Assembly: GCA_010909165.1 (NCBI GenBank)
Contig: MU008158.1
Location: 1,513,478-1,577,477, forward strand
Length of the DNA: 64,000 bases
Source of the DNA: Anthoceros angustus
Taxonomy: Eukaryota; Plantae; Anthocerotophyta
Direction: 5' to 3'
Shown: one piece after another, positions 25,340 to 36,988 of the stretch
Numbering within the stretch: the first letter of the stretch is position 1
Layout: each line of letters starts with the position of its first letter
The notes under the pieces: model-generated
What the model saw: only the letters and a program-made list of their open reading frames with translations
Databases searched by the model: none
What the model was told of the DNA's origin: nothing
Translations under genes and position numbers: made by a program

Positions 25340-28300
25340 TGTATTCACTGTCCTCGACCTCAGCACTCTCTCTGGGCCAACCTCGAAATTCTGAATCCTT
25401 GGTGGGTTAAGATCTGGCTCCTCACCGGAGTCCACACCTTCCAGCAAGTCTACCAAATAATCAACGGATGCATCAGAAGATTCAACGTTGTCCAAGTCTT
25501 GAATCAATTCGTTCGTCACCACTTGCTTCACCATCAGGAGGAAGCAAAGCGGTTCCTCACTTGGCTCGCTGTAACTCAAGACCTTCCTCCTCAAAAGCAT
25601 GTCCATTGTGTCTTTGCTCAAAGTCTTGTTCCTCGTCAACTCGAAATCATAACCCATGATTGTGGTCTCCAAAAGCTTGATTGGTTGCACATGTTTCTTC
25701 AAAGGGTGCTGCGTCGACCTTTTCTACTGCGGAGGTTGGTTGGCACCCACTCTTCCGAATACCTACCCTCCAATGCATTAGGGTTTTGATGCGCCACCGG
25801 TGGACTTGCGCTCGGTCCAGGCTTCATGGTCTACATCCAACCTTACCCACGGAAAGGGCCGTCCGGATCATCTCCACTGGACCGCAATCATCATGCCACC
25901 TGGATCTTTAACCGATCCTCGTATTTGCTCACGTTCCCTTCGCGGCATTCTGTGGCCTGTAAACCTCTCGCTCATGTCCAATATGCGTCTCGCAAGTGTA
26001 GCGTCCACTATCACTTCATCCGGAAGAGCCACTGCGGGTTCTTGAATGCTCCTCCGGTTATACCATTTCCATGTGTCCAATGGACGAAGAGCTCCAGACT
26101 ACTTCATATTAGCTCTTCCCAAAACCATCCCACCAGCGATGATGACCATTGAAGACTTGTGGAAGTTCTTAACGTCTGTTGTCTTCCACTCCGATAGCCC
26201 TATCAGCCGCACTTGCATGTTCTCTTTGGCCCTTGGATTTGCCGACTGCGGTGGTGAGTGGAGCCGCAATAATCTCCCTCTCGGGACTCCCGCATAAGTG
26301 AACACCACCATCGGCTCCAATGCAGCGTGATGAAGCTTGCACCTCGGGCCGTCACAAACACATGACTAGGCAACTCTTGAGTGATTTTAAAGCGATGTTG
26401 GAAACGTGATTATGGAGAGTAAATGTTGCGACGGACCCCAGTGCCACAAATATTGCTTAAAGTTGGGCACCTCTTTCATAAGATAGATCTTTGGTGTCGA
26501 GTATAAGCCCTCTCAAGGCAACCGATTAGCTCCGGCAAGGTGTAGGCCTCCTTGATTGCTAGCACAAAACGGAAAACATTTGATCAATCGATCATGGGTA
26601 TGGCCAACAATTAGAAATCCTAGTTTCACCTTCTTGAAAATACCTCGGTCCACTAACATGGCGCAATACGCCAACACTTCTTGGTTCTTATTCGAAAATT
26701 TGTATTGTCCATGCAGTAAAGAGTTTGAGGCAACTGGCCCTCCCATCCGTTAATAACATGCTGGACTACGGCAATTGTCCGTTAGGGTCATTTCGCAGAT
26801 TTGGATAGCTCGTAAACATAAGTTCTCATGTATTTGTTAAACACCAAAACTCCAACCACATGGACAGAGAGCAAGACTATCCACATCTTTGGGCACTCTG
26901 CGGAAATGAGGCAACTCGCTTTCTTTTGGTCCATACCATCTATCGCAATCCCCAGGTACTTGGTCGGTTGAGCCATACACTTGCCGTGATGCTTTGCCAT
27001 TTTCGCCCGCTCCATCTGTTGTTGATCCCGGTGGTAATAGAGGAGTTCCCTAAGTCTATCTGCACATACCAGACAAGTGCCATCGTCAATAGCAGCCCCC
27101 AGAACAACTCCAGAGTCCAGGCACGCTGGCCTACATCAACCTTTGTATTGAACCCTAAAGAACAGGGTCTAGGGTTTTCCGCCGACAACTACTATAAAAA
27201 AGGACACCTAGCAATCACCGGACATCCCGTGCTTAAAAAGGGAGCGGTTCAGATAGCTCATCGTTTCCGGCGTTTTAATTTTCGCTTTAAGCTTCTCACA
27301 TGTACAGAATCGGTTGCATCTTGGAATCTTCGGACCGAAATGCCGTATCCACGGCAAAATAGCTATAACAAACATGAGTGGTAATTGCTCTAGCCTGCCT
27401 AGCATACTCAATGTAAATCTCCTCTTTTGTGAATGTATCCTAGGTTGAACACTTCCTGGGTAGTCTTTCCACATTTCTTTTGAAAACATATCCATCCACA
27501 TGACTGCGGTCCGTATGAAGTTGAATTTTACCAGCCGCCCTCGGCAAACCTAGTCCCCTTCACCCGGGCCCGGGCATTCCGATGTCGTAGTGCACCAATA
27601 CGACTCGTAATGCCCTTACACAAATTGAAACCTTCCCATGTGGCGCTTGTTCACCCATCCGGTCACCATACACTTTCCTCGTCTTCGACAACATCAATAA
27701 GGTCTTGCAAATGCTTTCGCTCCCTTTGTCATGGAAAAAAAGAACAACGAAGTGACTTGATCGCCATTCCCGCCTTGCTAAACACTTTTTATAACATTGT
27801 CTCTTCATGTCACTGAAAGCTTCGCGATTACAATGCTTCGCCCATGACAACCCTTGCGGCACGGTTCTTTGTTGAGCAAACAACCCTATCGCGAGATTGC
27901 AACTCCAACCCCTGGACTTAGGATTAGCGAGGGCATTTCGGCAAATCTTCATTGTGATCTAGTGCCACATCTCCAAACAAGGCAATTGGATCACGTGCAG
28001 TTTGGTCGCTCGGCCTGCTCCCGCGTCCTCCATGACCCAATGCCGAAATCACAAGTCTACGATCGCATGCATCTTCTCATCGGAGACTCACCAACACTCT
28101 CGCCTTAATCTCTTTTGTTGTCATTATGCGGTGGTGTGACACAAGGTTGATGGTACTCTTAAACACCATGGACTTGTTGTAGGTGCCACCTTGTCACCTT
28201 CCGCCCAGAGCCACCCGCTTCGCGTGGATTTGGATCGAGCAGAACATCCTTGCCAATTTCTTGGCACCTGGGGATTTGAACTGGGTATATAGTGCCGGCT

Positions 28301-28770
28301 GCAGGCTGTCGAGGTGGGCCGAGGTTGCGCCTGTCGGGTGGTGGATATCGGGGCCGCCGCTCCAGTGCGCGATGTCGAGCTCGGACATGCCGGTCCACAT
28401 GTGCTGCAATTTGCTCCTGGTCTCGCTGCGCCCGTTCCGGAGTCCATCCCGGATCAAACAAGTACAGGTCTCCATCACTTGCAGCCGCGTCCAACGTATC
28501 ACCCAGCAAGTCGGTTTGATCCAAATCGCGTGTCCGGGTCTTGCTTGAGCGACCTTTCACCGGACGTCCGGGGTTTACAGGGTCAGCGTCTTGAATGTCG
28601 ACCACGTGGGAATTTGACACATTGCCTAGTGGACCCCATGCCTAGCATCTGCTGCGGCCTCGCCAAGTCCACGATATCCGACTCGGACACATGGCCGATG
28701 TCTTCATCGGTCACTAGTCATCGTTCACCAAATCAAAAACTCCTCCTCCGCATTGAGATCGCTTGCCATT
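25340..28770 (-). CDS. Sola-type (probably Sola2-like) DDD transposase, multi-exon, frameshifted in this sequence
   Basis: Catalytic motifs YLGIAIDGMDQKK (about 26950-26921), LPQTLY-MDN..NKNQEVLAYCAML..GIFKKV (about 26735-26630), GFLIVGHTH-(D)IDQMFS (about 26615-26572); N-terminal Cys motifs KIPRCNRF-CTCEKLK and YGDRM; acidic putative start MASDLNAEEEF at about 28767. Confidence 0.85.
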
Positions 28771-31277
28771 GCTCGTGACTAGTGAAAACGCAATTGTTGA
28801 GAACGCCGTGTGCTCGAGGAGGAGACCCGATTGCCCCGTTCAACATCATGTATAGATGCCTCGGTTCGGACCGCATTGATTATTGACAATTAGGACGGAT
28901 ATCTACTTTGCGGCTACAAATCATGGCGATTGAGGATCCTTAAATGCATTCACAGTTGCGAGAATCGAGGAGCGAGATTTTGCAATAGAAATTGAGTTTT
29001 GCGGGCAAAACTAGGCATATTCCATAAAATATGCTTTATTCTTTGTTTAGCGGTTGTGTCCTTACGGCGAAACATGGCGAAACGCGCTACGGTGCATCAA
29101 CCCAAATTTGCGATTCCACTCATTTGGCGGTATCGCAGTGGAGATCGTCTGTGTCCGGCCGTCACAGCCATCCACCCGTCGAGATCTGGAAAGGCGGGTT
29201 TGGCGCGAAAATATTGCGAGGAGATGCATATAGCGGGCACCAAAGGTTCACTCCAGTATTTTGGTAGCGTGGTGGTATTCGACCACTTCCATATCGGAGG
29301 TTCATATCGCCGTCGAGTCGGTGGATCTCCGGATCATCGGCTTCATCCTCACCGGTTGTCCGGTGATTCAAGAGGAGGGTATCAAGGTGGGGCGATGGGC
29401 GTGCTACTTGCATCCATAATCCATAGTGCGTGATGCCTCATTGCTACTTGGTTTGTGTTTTGCGATGGCACCTCGGACCAAGAAGCGGAGTAAAGGTCTT
29501 GAGCAGACGCGCTCGCGAGAAAAGCAGGCCCGGAAGGCCGGCGATTCGCAGATGCCCAACATTGTCTCTTCATGTCGCTTAAGCTTACAATGCTTGCCGA
29601 TTACATGATCCACAACCCTTGCGGCCGGTTCTTTGTTGAGCAAACAACCCTATCGCGAGATTGCAACTCCAACCCCTGGACTTAGGATTAGCGAGGCGGC
29701 ATTTCGGGCAAATCTTCATTGTGATCTAGTGCCATCTCCAAACAAGGCAATTGGATCACGTGCAGTTTGGTCGCTCGCACCTCTGGCAGTCCTCCATGAC
29801 CCAATGCCGAAATCGAACCAAGTCTACGATCGCATCTTCTCACCGTCGGAGACTCACCAACACTCTCTTAATCCGTCTTGTTGTCATTCGTGCGGTGGTG
29901 TGACACAAGGTTGATGGTACTCTTGCGAAACACCATGGACTTGTTGTAGGTGCCACCTTGTCACCTTCCGCTCGCCAGAGCCACCCGCTGCGTGGATTTG
30001 GATCGAGCAGAACATCCTTGCCAATTTCTTGGCACTGGCGATTTGAGCACTGGTATATAGTGCGGTGCCGAGGTGGGCCGAGGTTGCGCTGTCGGGTGGT
30101 GGATATCGGGCCGCCCGCTCGCGTTGTCGAGCTCGGACATGCCGGTCCACATGTCTTTTGCTCCACGGTCTCACGCCCGTTCGAGTCCATCCCGGATCAA
30201 ACAAGTAAAGGTCTCCATCACTTGCAGCGTCCAACGTATCACCCCCAAGTCGGTTTGATCCAAATGATGCGTGTCCGGGTCTTGAAGCCCTCACCGGACG
30301 TCCGGGGTTTACTGGGGTCGCGTCTTGAATGTCGACCACGTGGGAATTTGACACATTGCCTAGTGGACCCCATGCCTAATCTGCTGCGGCCTCGCCAAGT
30401 CCACGATATCCGACTCGACACATGGCCGATGTCTTCATCGGTCACTAGTCGTTCACCAAATCAAAAACTCCTCCTCGCATTGAGATCGCTTGCCATTGCT
30501 CGTGACTAGTGAAAACGCAATTGTTGAGAACGCCGTGTGCTCGAGGAGGAGACCCGATTGCCCCGTTCAACATCATGTATAGATGCCTGCCTCGGTTCGG
30601 ACCGCATTGATTATTGACAATTAGGACGGATATCTACTTTGCGGCTACAAATCATGGCGATTGAGGATCCTTAAATGCATTCACAGTTGAATCGAGGAGC
30701 CCGAGATTTTGCAATAGAAATTGAGTTTTGCGGCAAAACTAGGCATATTCCATAAAATATGCTTTATTCTTTGTTTAGCGGTTGTGTCCCTGCGCGAAAC
30801 ATGGCGGAGCGTTTGCGGCTACTGCATCAACCCAAATTTGCGATTCCACTCATTTGGCGGTATTCTGCTCGATAAATCATGTCCGTCACACCCATCCACC
30901 CGTCGTGACTGCGGAAAGCGGTTTGGCGAAAATATTGCGAGGAGATGCATATAGCGGGCACCAAAGGTTCACTCCAAGTATTTTGGTAACGTGGTGGTAT
31001 TCGACCACTTCCATATCGGAGGTTCATATCGCCGTCGAGTCGGTGGATCTCCGGATCATCGGCTTCATCCTCACCGTTGTCCGGTGATTGAAGAGGAGGG
31101 TATCAAGGTGGGGCGATGGGCGTGCTACCAATCCATAATCCATAGTGCGTGATGCCTCATTGCTACTTGGTTTGTGTTTTGCGGATGGCACCTCGGACCA
31201 AGAAGCGGAGTAAAGGTCTTGAGCAGGCCGGCTGCGGCGAGAAAAGCGGCGGCAGGCGGCGATTCGCAGATGCCCCG
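27793..31277. repeat. Tandem duplication (27793-29557 / 29558-31277) covering the transposase 5' region
   Basis: AACATTGTC at 27793, 29558 and 31278 marks the unit boundaries. Confidence 0.9.
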
Positions 31278-32099
31278 AACATTGTCACGAGTCCGGTCCG
31301 AAGGCCTCCAAGACCCATAGCATGACAACTTTGACCCGCGACACTACCTCGTCCGAACATCATTCCAAAGTCCATACAAGCGGGCGAAATCGACATGATC
31401 GGAAAGATGTTCTGGAACACTCTCCTTTGATATGTCGGACAGAATTGGTCAGACACGTCTGTTGGACATGTATATCTGACATCTTGGATGCACACTCAAG
31501 TATAAAGTCTTCTCTTGGTCTTTGTTTTGTTCACGCTTTTGTGGAGAAGGATGACCAAGTGCATAATTTTCCTCACTCAAGACCGACACTTCTCAAGCTG
31601 ACCCCACTCCGAGTATACTCAGGCGATCCGGACTTTTGACCCCGTGGCTTGGGAAAGTGTGAGAGAGGAACAGGGGTTGCGTAACAATGATGGACACAAA
31701 GTGTTCCACAAAGTGTTGCACCAAATTTGCTTAGAAGGAATCGAAAACTGGTTCGAGCAAGTCCGGGTCGATTGAACCCAAGAGTCGGTCTTAGAGTAGG
31801 AGTGGGTCAGGGGCCGGGTTCGTCAAGGCTGGCCCGTCCGTCAATCTCTGAAGCAAACCAACAATGCAAATTAGAAGCAACCCAGATCGCTTGGGAAGCA
31901 ACGATCTGCGTCTTAGAGGCATCCCAACAATGCTTCTTCAATACCACGATGGGGATCCAGCACGCCTCGGTTTCCGTCGGCAAGCCGGTGGTGTCCATGA
32001 TACTACCGCCACCGGGCGTCCAGCGGTTTCACTGTGGCCGGACTTGGTGAGCCACTTCCATTTTACTCAAGGTAGTCGATCGGGTGTGAGGAGGACGTC

Positions 32100-35000
32100 A
32101 CCCCGAGGACACCGAGGGCTTTATGGATGGCATTCTACCTTGTGGGGAGGGCGAAGATGCGCAGCTTGGAGGCGAAGGTGGGTCGGAAGAGGAGGAGGAG
32201 AACTTGAAGGTGATGGCGAGGATGACCTCGGATATTATCCCGCGCGGGATGGTTCACGCTTCGGGCCGATCGCAGGAGGGTGCAGGCAGGCCTTCATGGG
32301 AAATTTGAAGAAAGGGGAAAGAGGAGAGGCCTGCAGATGGCAAACATATCCGGAAAAGGGACGGCGCGGTAGCAGAAAGCCAAGAAACCTGTGGCAAGAC
32401 GGAGAAGCCTGGAATTGTGGAGGAGGAGGAGGAAGAGGTTCCACCGCCAAGGTTTGTGGAGAGAGCTAAGAGGTCGCCCAGCGATGATAGGCTCGCCATA
32501 AAAGCGATGCAAGTCGGGACGTCGAAAGGGACGGTATTGCTATCAAGAGAGTCCGGGAGTCTACCTTGAAGTTGCCAATCAAGTCGCAGACCCAAGATCT
32601 GTGAGGCGCTAAGGTGAGGAAGCCGGATCTCGCGTGGGTAGAGGCTTTGATGCGAAGATGAAACACGCCCATGGGTAGCGGTGTCGCCAATGGTTGTGGT
32701 TGTCGACCCTCGCGTGTCCTCACAAAGAGAACTTTGACGTTGAGAAGGTGGACTGAGGGCTTTACAATTTCTTCGTCTTGGGAGGGAACCATTCCTTCCA
32801 GGCAAGGTCCCGGCTTTCTTTGCGATCTGTACCCAATGAAGGAAGAGTTCAAGTGGATGGATGCATATGTGCTAGCTGGACTCACTGAGGACGAGATGAG
32901 GATCGTAGCCACAGACCACAACACCATCGCAGATGCCAGGAAGACATTCACCTTCATGGGGCGGTGCGTTACATCGTGAGTTGATGCGGGGAGCGAAGGG
33001 CTTGAAGTGCGATGTAGGGCGGAAGCTGGATGTATATGCCCGCCAGGCGGGATCCCCAAGTGGGATGCGCAGCATGGCCCCAAGGTTCGATATCACCGTG
33101 GACAACCGGACACTTGATTATCGTGGCGAAGGTTGATGAAGAAGTGTGGAGGTATGTGGACGAGATATTTGAGAAGTGGGAATGTGGCTTGCACGAACAA
33201 ATAGATGCGGCCCGAGCCCTAGCGCCAAACAAACAAAGGCCGAGGGAAGTCAAGGCCAAGCTACTGATGCGAGACCTTGTAGTCATAGAGGTTAAAGATG
33301 CGGATGTGCGGTGAGAGTGTGGAAGTGCTTTCAAGGGATTGAACATTCGGCGGCAACAACAATTTGAAGACAAGATGCATGAAGGTCTTGTCTGGGAAAT
33401 GAGTTTACGGCAAATGCAGGATTGGGTGGAGAAAGCCAAAAAGCGAACCTCATTCACGTCACACTTGCGAAGAACCCGAATTGCGAGCGTTTGAGCGGGT
33501 TAGGAGCGGTATCCTCAATACAAGACTGTGGACGGATCGGCAACCGGCTTTCAAAAATATGGTAAGTGTGAACCCGAGCAAGTATGGAATGTCCACACCG
33601 GACGGTGCTTGTCATATGTTTGATTTCTAAGAATCTTGGTGGGCATCCGATTTGTTTCTCGGGCGCCGACGCTTGCGGCCCATGTACACTCCCATATGCC
33701 CATGAACACTCATGGTTGATGGTTTTTGCCTTGTTGTGCGAGCCAATGCTTGCCTAACGTGGAGTGCACTCCGAGAGTTTCAAGGAACATGTGTTGAAGG
33801 CCAAAGCATGGAAGATTATGGCGAGATGAGGATCGTAGCCACAGACCACAACACCATCGCAGATGCCGGAAGACATTCACCTTCATGGACGGTACGTTAC
33901 ATCGTAAGTGAGTTGATGCGGGAGCGAAGGGCTTGAAGTGCGATGTAGGCGGAAGCTGGATGTATATGCCCGCGGGATCCCCAAGTGGGATGCGCAGCAT
34001 GGCCCCAAGGTTCGAGATCACCGATGGTGGACAACCGGACACTTGATTCTGCGTGGCGAAGGTTGATGAAGAAGTGTGGAGGTATGTGGACGAGATATTT
34101 GAGAAGTGGGAATGTGCGCTTGCACGAACAAATAGATGCGGCCCGAGCCCTAGCGCCAAACAAACAAAGGCCGAGGGAAGTCAAGGCCAACTGCACTGCG
34201 AGACCTTGTGGTCATAGAGGTTAAAGATGCGGATGTGCCAGTGAGAGTGTGGAAGTGCTTTCAAGGGATTGAACATTCGGCAGCTGGCAACAACAATTTG
34301 AAGACAGCATGCATGAAGGTCTTGTCTGGGAAATGAGTTTACGGCAAATGCAGGATTGGGTGGAGAAAGCCAAAAAACTGAACCTCATTCACGTCACACT
34401 TGCGAAGAACCTGAATTGCGAGACGTTTGAGCAGGTTAGGGAGCGGTATCCTCAATACAGCACTGTGGATCAGATCAGCAACTTCCAACCGGCTTTCAAA
34501 AATATGGTAAGTGTGAACCCGAGCAAGTATGGAATGTCCACACCGGACGGCCGGTGCTTGTCATATGTTTGATTTCTAAGAATGCTGGTGGGCATCCGAT
34601 TTGTTTTGGCTGAGCGCAACGGCCCATGTACACTCCCATATGCCCATGAACACTCATGGTTGATGGTTTTTGCCTTGTTGTGCGTGAGCCAATGCTTGCC
34701 TAACGTGGAGTGCACTCCCTGAGAGTTTCAAGGAACATGTGTTGAAGGCCAAAGCGTGGAAGATTATGGCAGATGAGCTGACGATTCTTTGGAGACCTCC
34801 GATCCGATAAGTTGAAGACGATCAGAGATGCTTCCGGGAGATCATGCAGGATAGGAATAATTTGTGGTAACATCGTGAGAATGGCTCAGTTTGTGGAACC
34901 CCGTCCGTTTGCCCTGTTCCTATTGGACTTGCCACGAGGGTTGCATCTGGATGCCAACTCCAAGGAGTATGACAGCGATTCAGGATGAGTTTGAAAATAT

Positions 35001-35600
35001 CATATTGCAATTCCGGGCATCACGACATTATTTCGCGTCGTGGTATTTCATTCCCGGATGACATGTCCATGGTACGGGAGGTTTTGCTTGCTTGTAAAAG
35101 TGTCACTTCCGCACAAAACTAATGTGAAAGCGTTGCAGACAAAAGTATGATGCAGATTATATCACCACGGGCTGGATCGTTGAAGCGGATTGTGTGCCAC
35201 AACATTTCTCACTCGCAACTTTGTTGAATGATGGCACGGGGTTGACAACCGCTTTGAGGAGAAGGTGGAACATAAGTGTTATAACACGAGATGATAGGGT
35301 AGTTTCCCATACCGAAGCCTATCGTTGTTGAGGAAGTTGATGGAGCCGTACGGTGGAAGGTGGGTCTGGATGGGTGTGCGTGCTCGGATCGGTATGGTAG
35401 CCGCTCTCAAGTGCGGACGCAACGTGATATCAGTAGACGTAGATCCCAGAGCAGCTCAATTCATGGACCTCCGTCTCAATACTTTAGAGAACTGGCCAAG
35501 CGAGGAGGAAGAGTTGGGAGAGGTTGAAGGCTACGCGGGGCCTAAGACGTTCACCAAAGAACCGATGATGAACAATGTGGCAAGGAGCCGGGGCAGTTTT
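32100..35600 (+). CDS. ParB-like domain fused to a beta-class N4-cytosine/N6-adenine DNA methyltransferase (multi-exon, frameshifted in this sequence)
   Basis: Acidic N-terminus; VRKPDLAWVEALM..VSPMVVVVDP..YNFFVLGGNHSFQAR (32763-32807)..YP..F..AYVLAGLTEDEMRIVATDHN; CGNIVRMAQFVEPRPFALFLLDLPRG (DLPRG 34926-34940); SHTE(K)P-SLLRKLMEPY (about 35305); LDGCACS(G) (35366-35389); GMVAALKCGRNVISVDVDPRAAQFMDLRL. Intron donor ATG|GTAAGT at 34507. Confidence 0.8.
32894..34770. repeat. Tandem duplication (32894-33823 / 33824-34770) inside the ParB-MTase gene
   Basis: AGATGAG at 32894, 33824 and 34771 marks the boundaries. Confidence 0.9.
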
Positions 35601-36960
35601 GTGGATCTCAAGCGCCACGCAATCGGAAAGCATTCTACACCCAGAGGTGTGACAGATCCTTCCATGTCTTGTGCTGTGGGCGGTGTGGCGACAGTTGCAG
35701 TTGACAAAGGTAATAGGGAGCCTGGGGGCTACGTGGCGAGTTTTGGGCACAGGAACATAGTGCTACAGCTCTCGGGCGGCGATGGACAAGGTCACCTTCC
35801 CCTGGACACGACCACTAAGGACTATGATCCATTGGTTCACCCCTACCATGGATAGGTGACCGGAAAGACTGGGGCATTAGTACCTAATGGTTGTGAATCT
35901 CGATCTGGGTGGGGCATTGGTAATGCCAATCTGCGGTCGACTCCGGCATCGTTGGTGAGGCACGCATGTAGAGGTGTCCGCTTACGGTGAGCACAAACAC
36001 CGGACAACCGGTGTTGAGGTGGATCGAGCTATCTTTGTCCGGTTGTGTCTGGTGATGACCAACCCGAGTGCATGTTCTCGTGTGCTTGTTTTCTGGATTG
36101 CAAGCATACGATTTTGCGCTTTGTTCTTTGTCGCCATTGAATGTTGAGGCGTGATGCTACCATAGCGGGCCCATGATCACCCTTGCAATAAGAACCCCGC
36201 CGCTTCCATAACCCGTAAAATAGCCAGCGGTCAAACTCCTCCCACATTCGCGTATTGTCATCATGGCGTTTACAAACTACCGGTGCATACGATATATCAA
36301 GCATTGAGCATGTCCGATGACATAACCATCGATCATTGCGGATATGTCATACGGCTACTTACGCATGCAGAACATTGTAGCCGATTAGGTTAGGCCAATG
36401 GGCATGGATTATGTCGGTTCGCAGGTGAGGTTCAGAAATGACGTTCAACACATCCAAACGTTGGTGCCTGAGGGGGACTTTCGAGAGCACGCTGGAGAAT
36501 GCAAGCCGCACGGCCTCCGTACTTTCATGTCATGTTTCGCAACATAGAAATGACTGCCACTATCCAGGGGAACCCAACACTTGACTTGCGCCGGAGTCGA
36601 AGTTCACTGATGAAGCCGCGTTCACCGGATATCCACGGTCATAGAATTACGATGATGCGGCATCCACCGTTGTTTACCGTTCATGCATGCAACCCTTCAA
36701 ACCCGTTATGTCGACATTTTGAAATTCATGATGTCCATATGACTACATGGCTTGTTACATATGGTTTCCATCTTGATCGTAACCATTTTGTGGTGGGTAA
36801 TTAGAGGATTGTGTTACCTTAAAAAAACCATAAGGTAAAACCCTCAAAACACATGGTTTCATTCTTCACTTGGACTTTCACACTTAAGGTTTTGGCCAAA
36901 GTTTTGAAAACGTGACAAAGCACGGTTTCCATCGTCAAACCCCAAATTTCACACCCTCAA

Positions 36961-36988
36961 AAGTAGAGGCGAGGAGTCGCCTCTACTT
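36961..36988. other. Perfect 12-bp-stem hairpin just inside the right Sola TIR
   Basis: AAGTAGAGGCGA-GGAG-TCGCCTCTACTT. Confidence 0.85.

Noticed and set aside
31283-31700. New LTR starting TGTCACGAG
   Set aside because: It is the distal microhomology (AACATTGTC) of a tandem duplication; no partner LTR, PBS or TSD.
32100-35600. Bacterial contamination or prophage as the source of the ParB-MTase
   Set aside because: The gene has GT-AG introns and lies inside a TIR/TSD-bounded eukaryotic element nested in a plant LTR.
32100-35600. DIRS-type retroelement with Dam methylase
   Set aside because: No RT or tyrosine recombinase in 23185-37001; the element has a DDD transposase, TIRs and a TSD.
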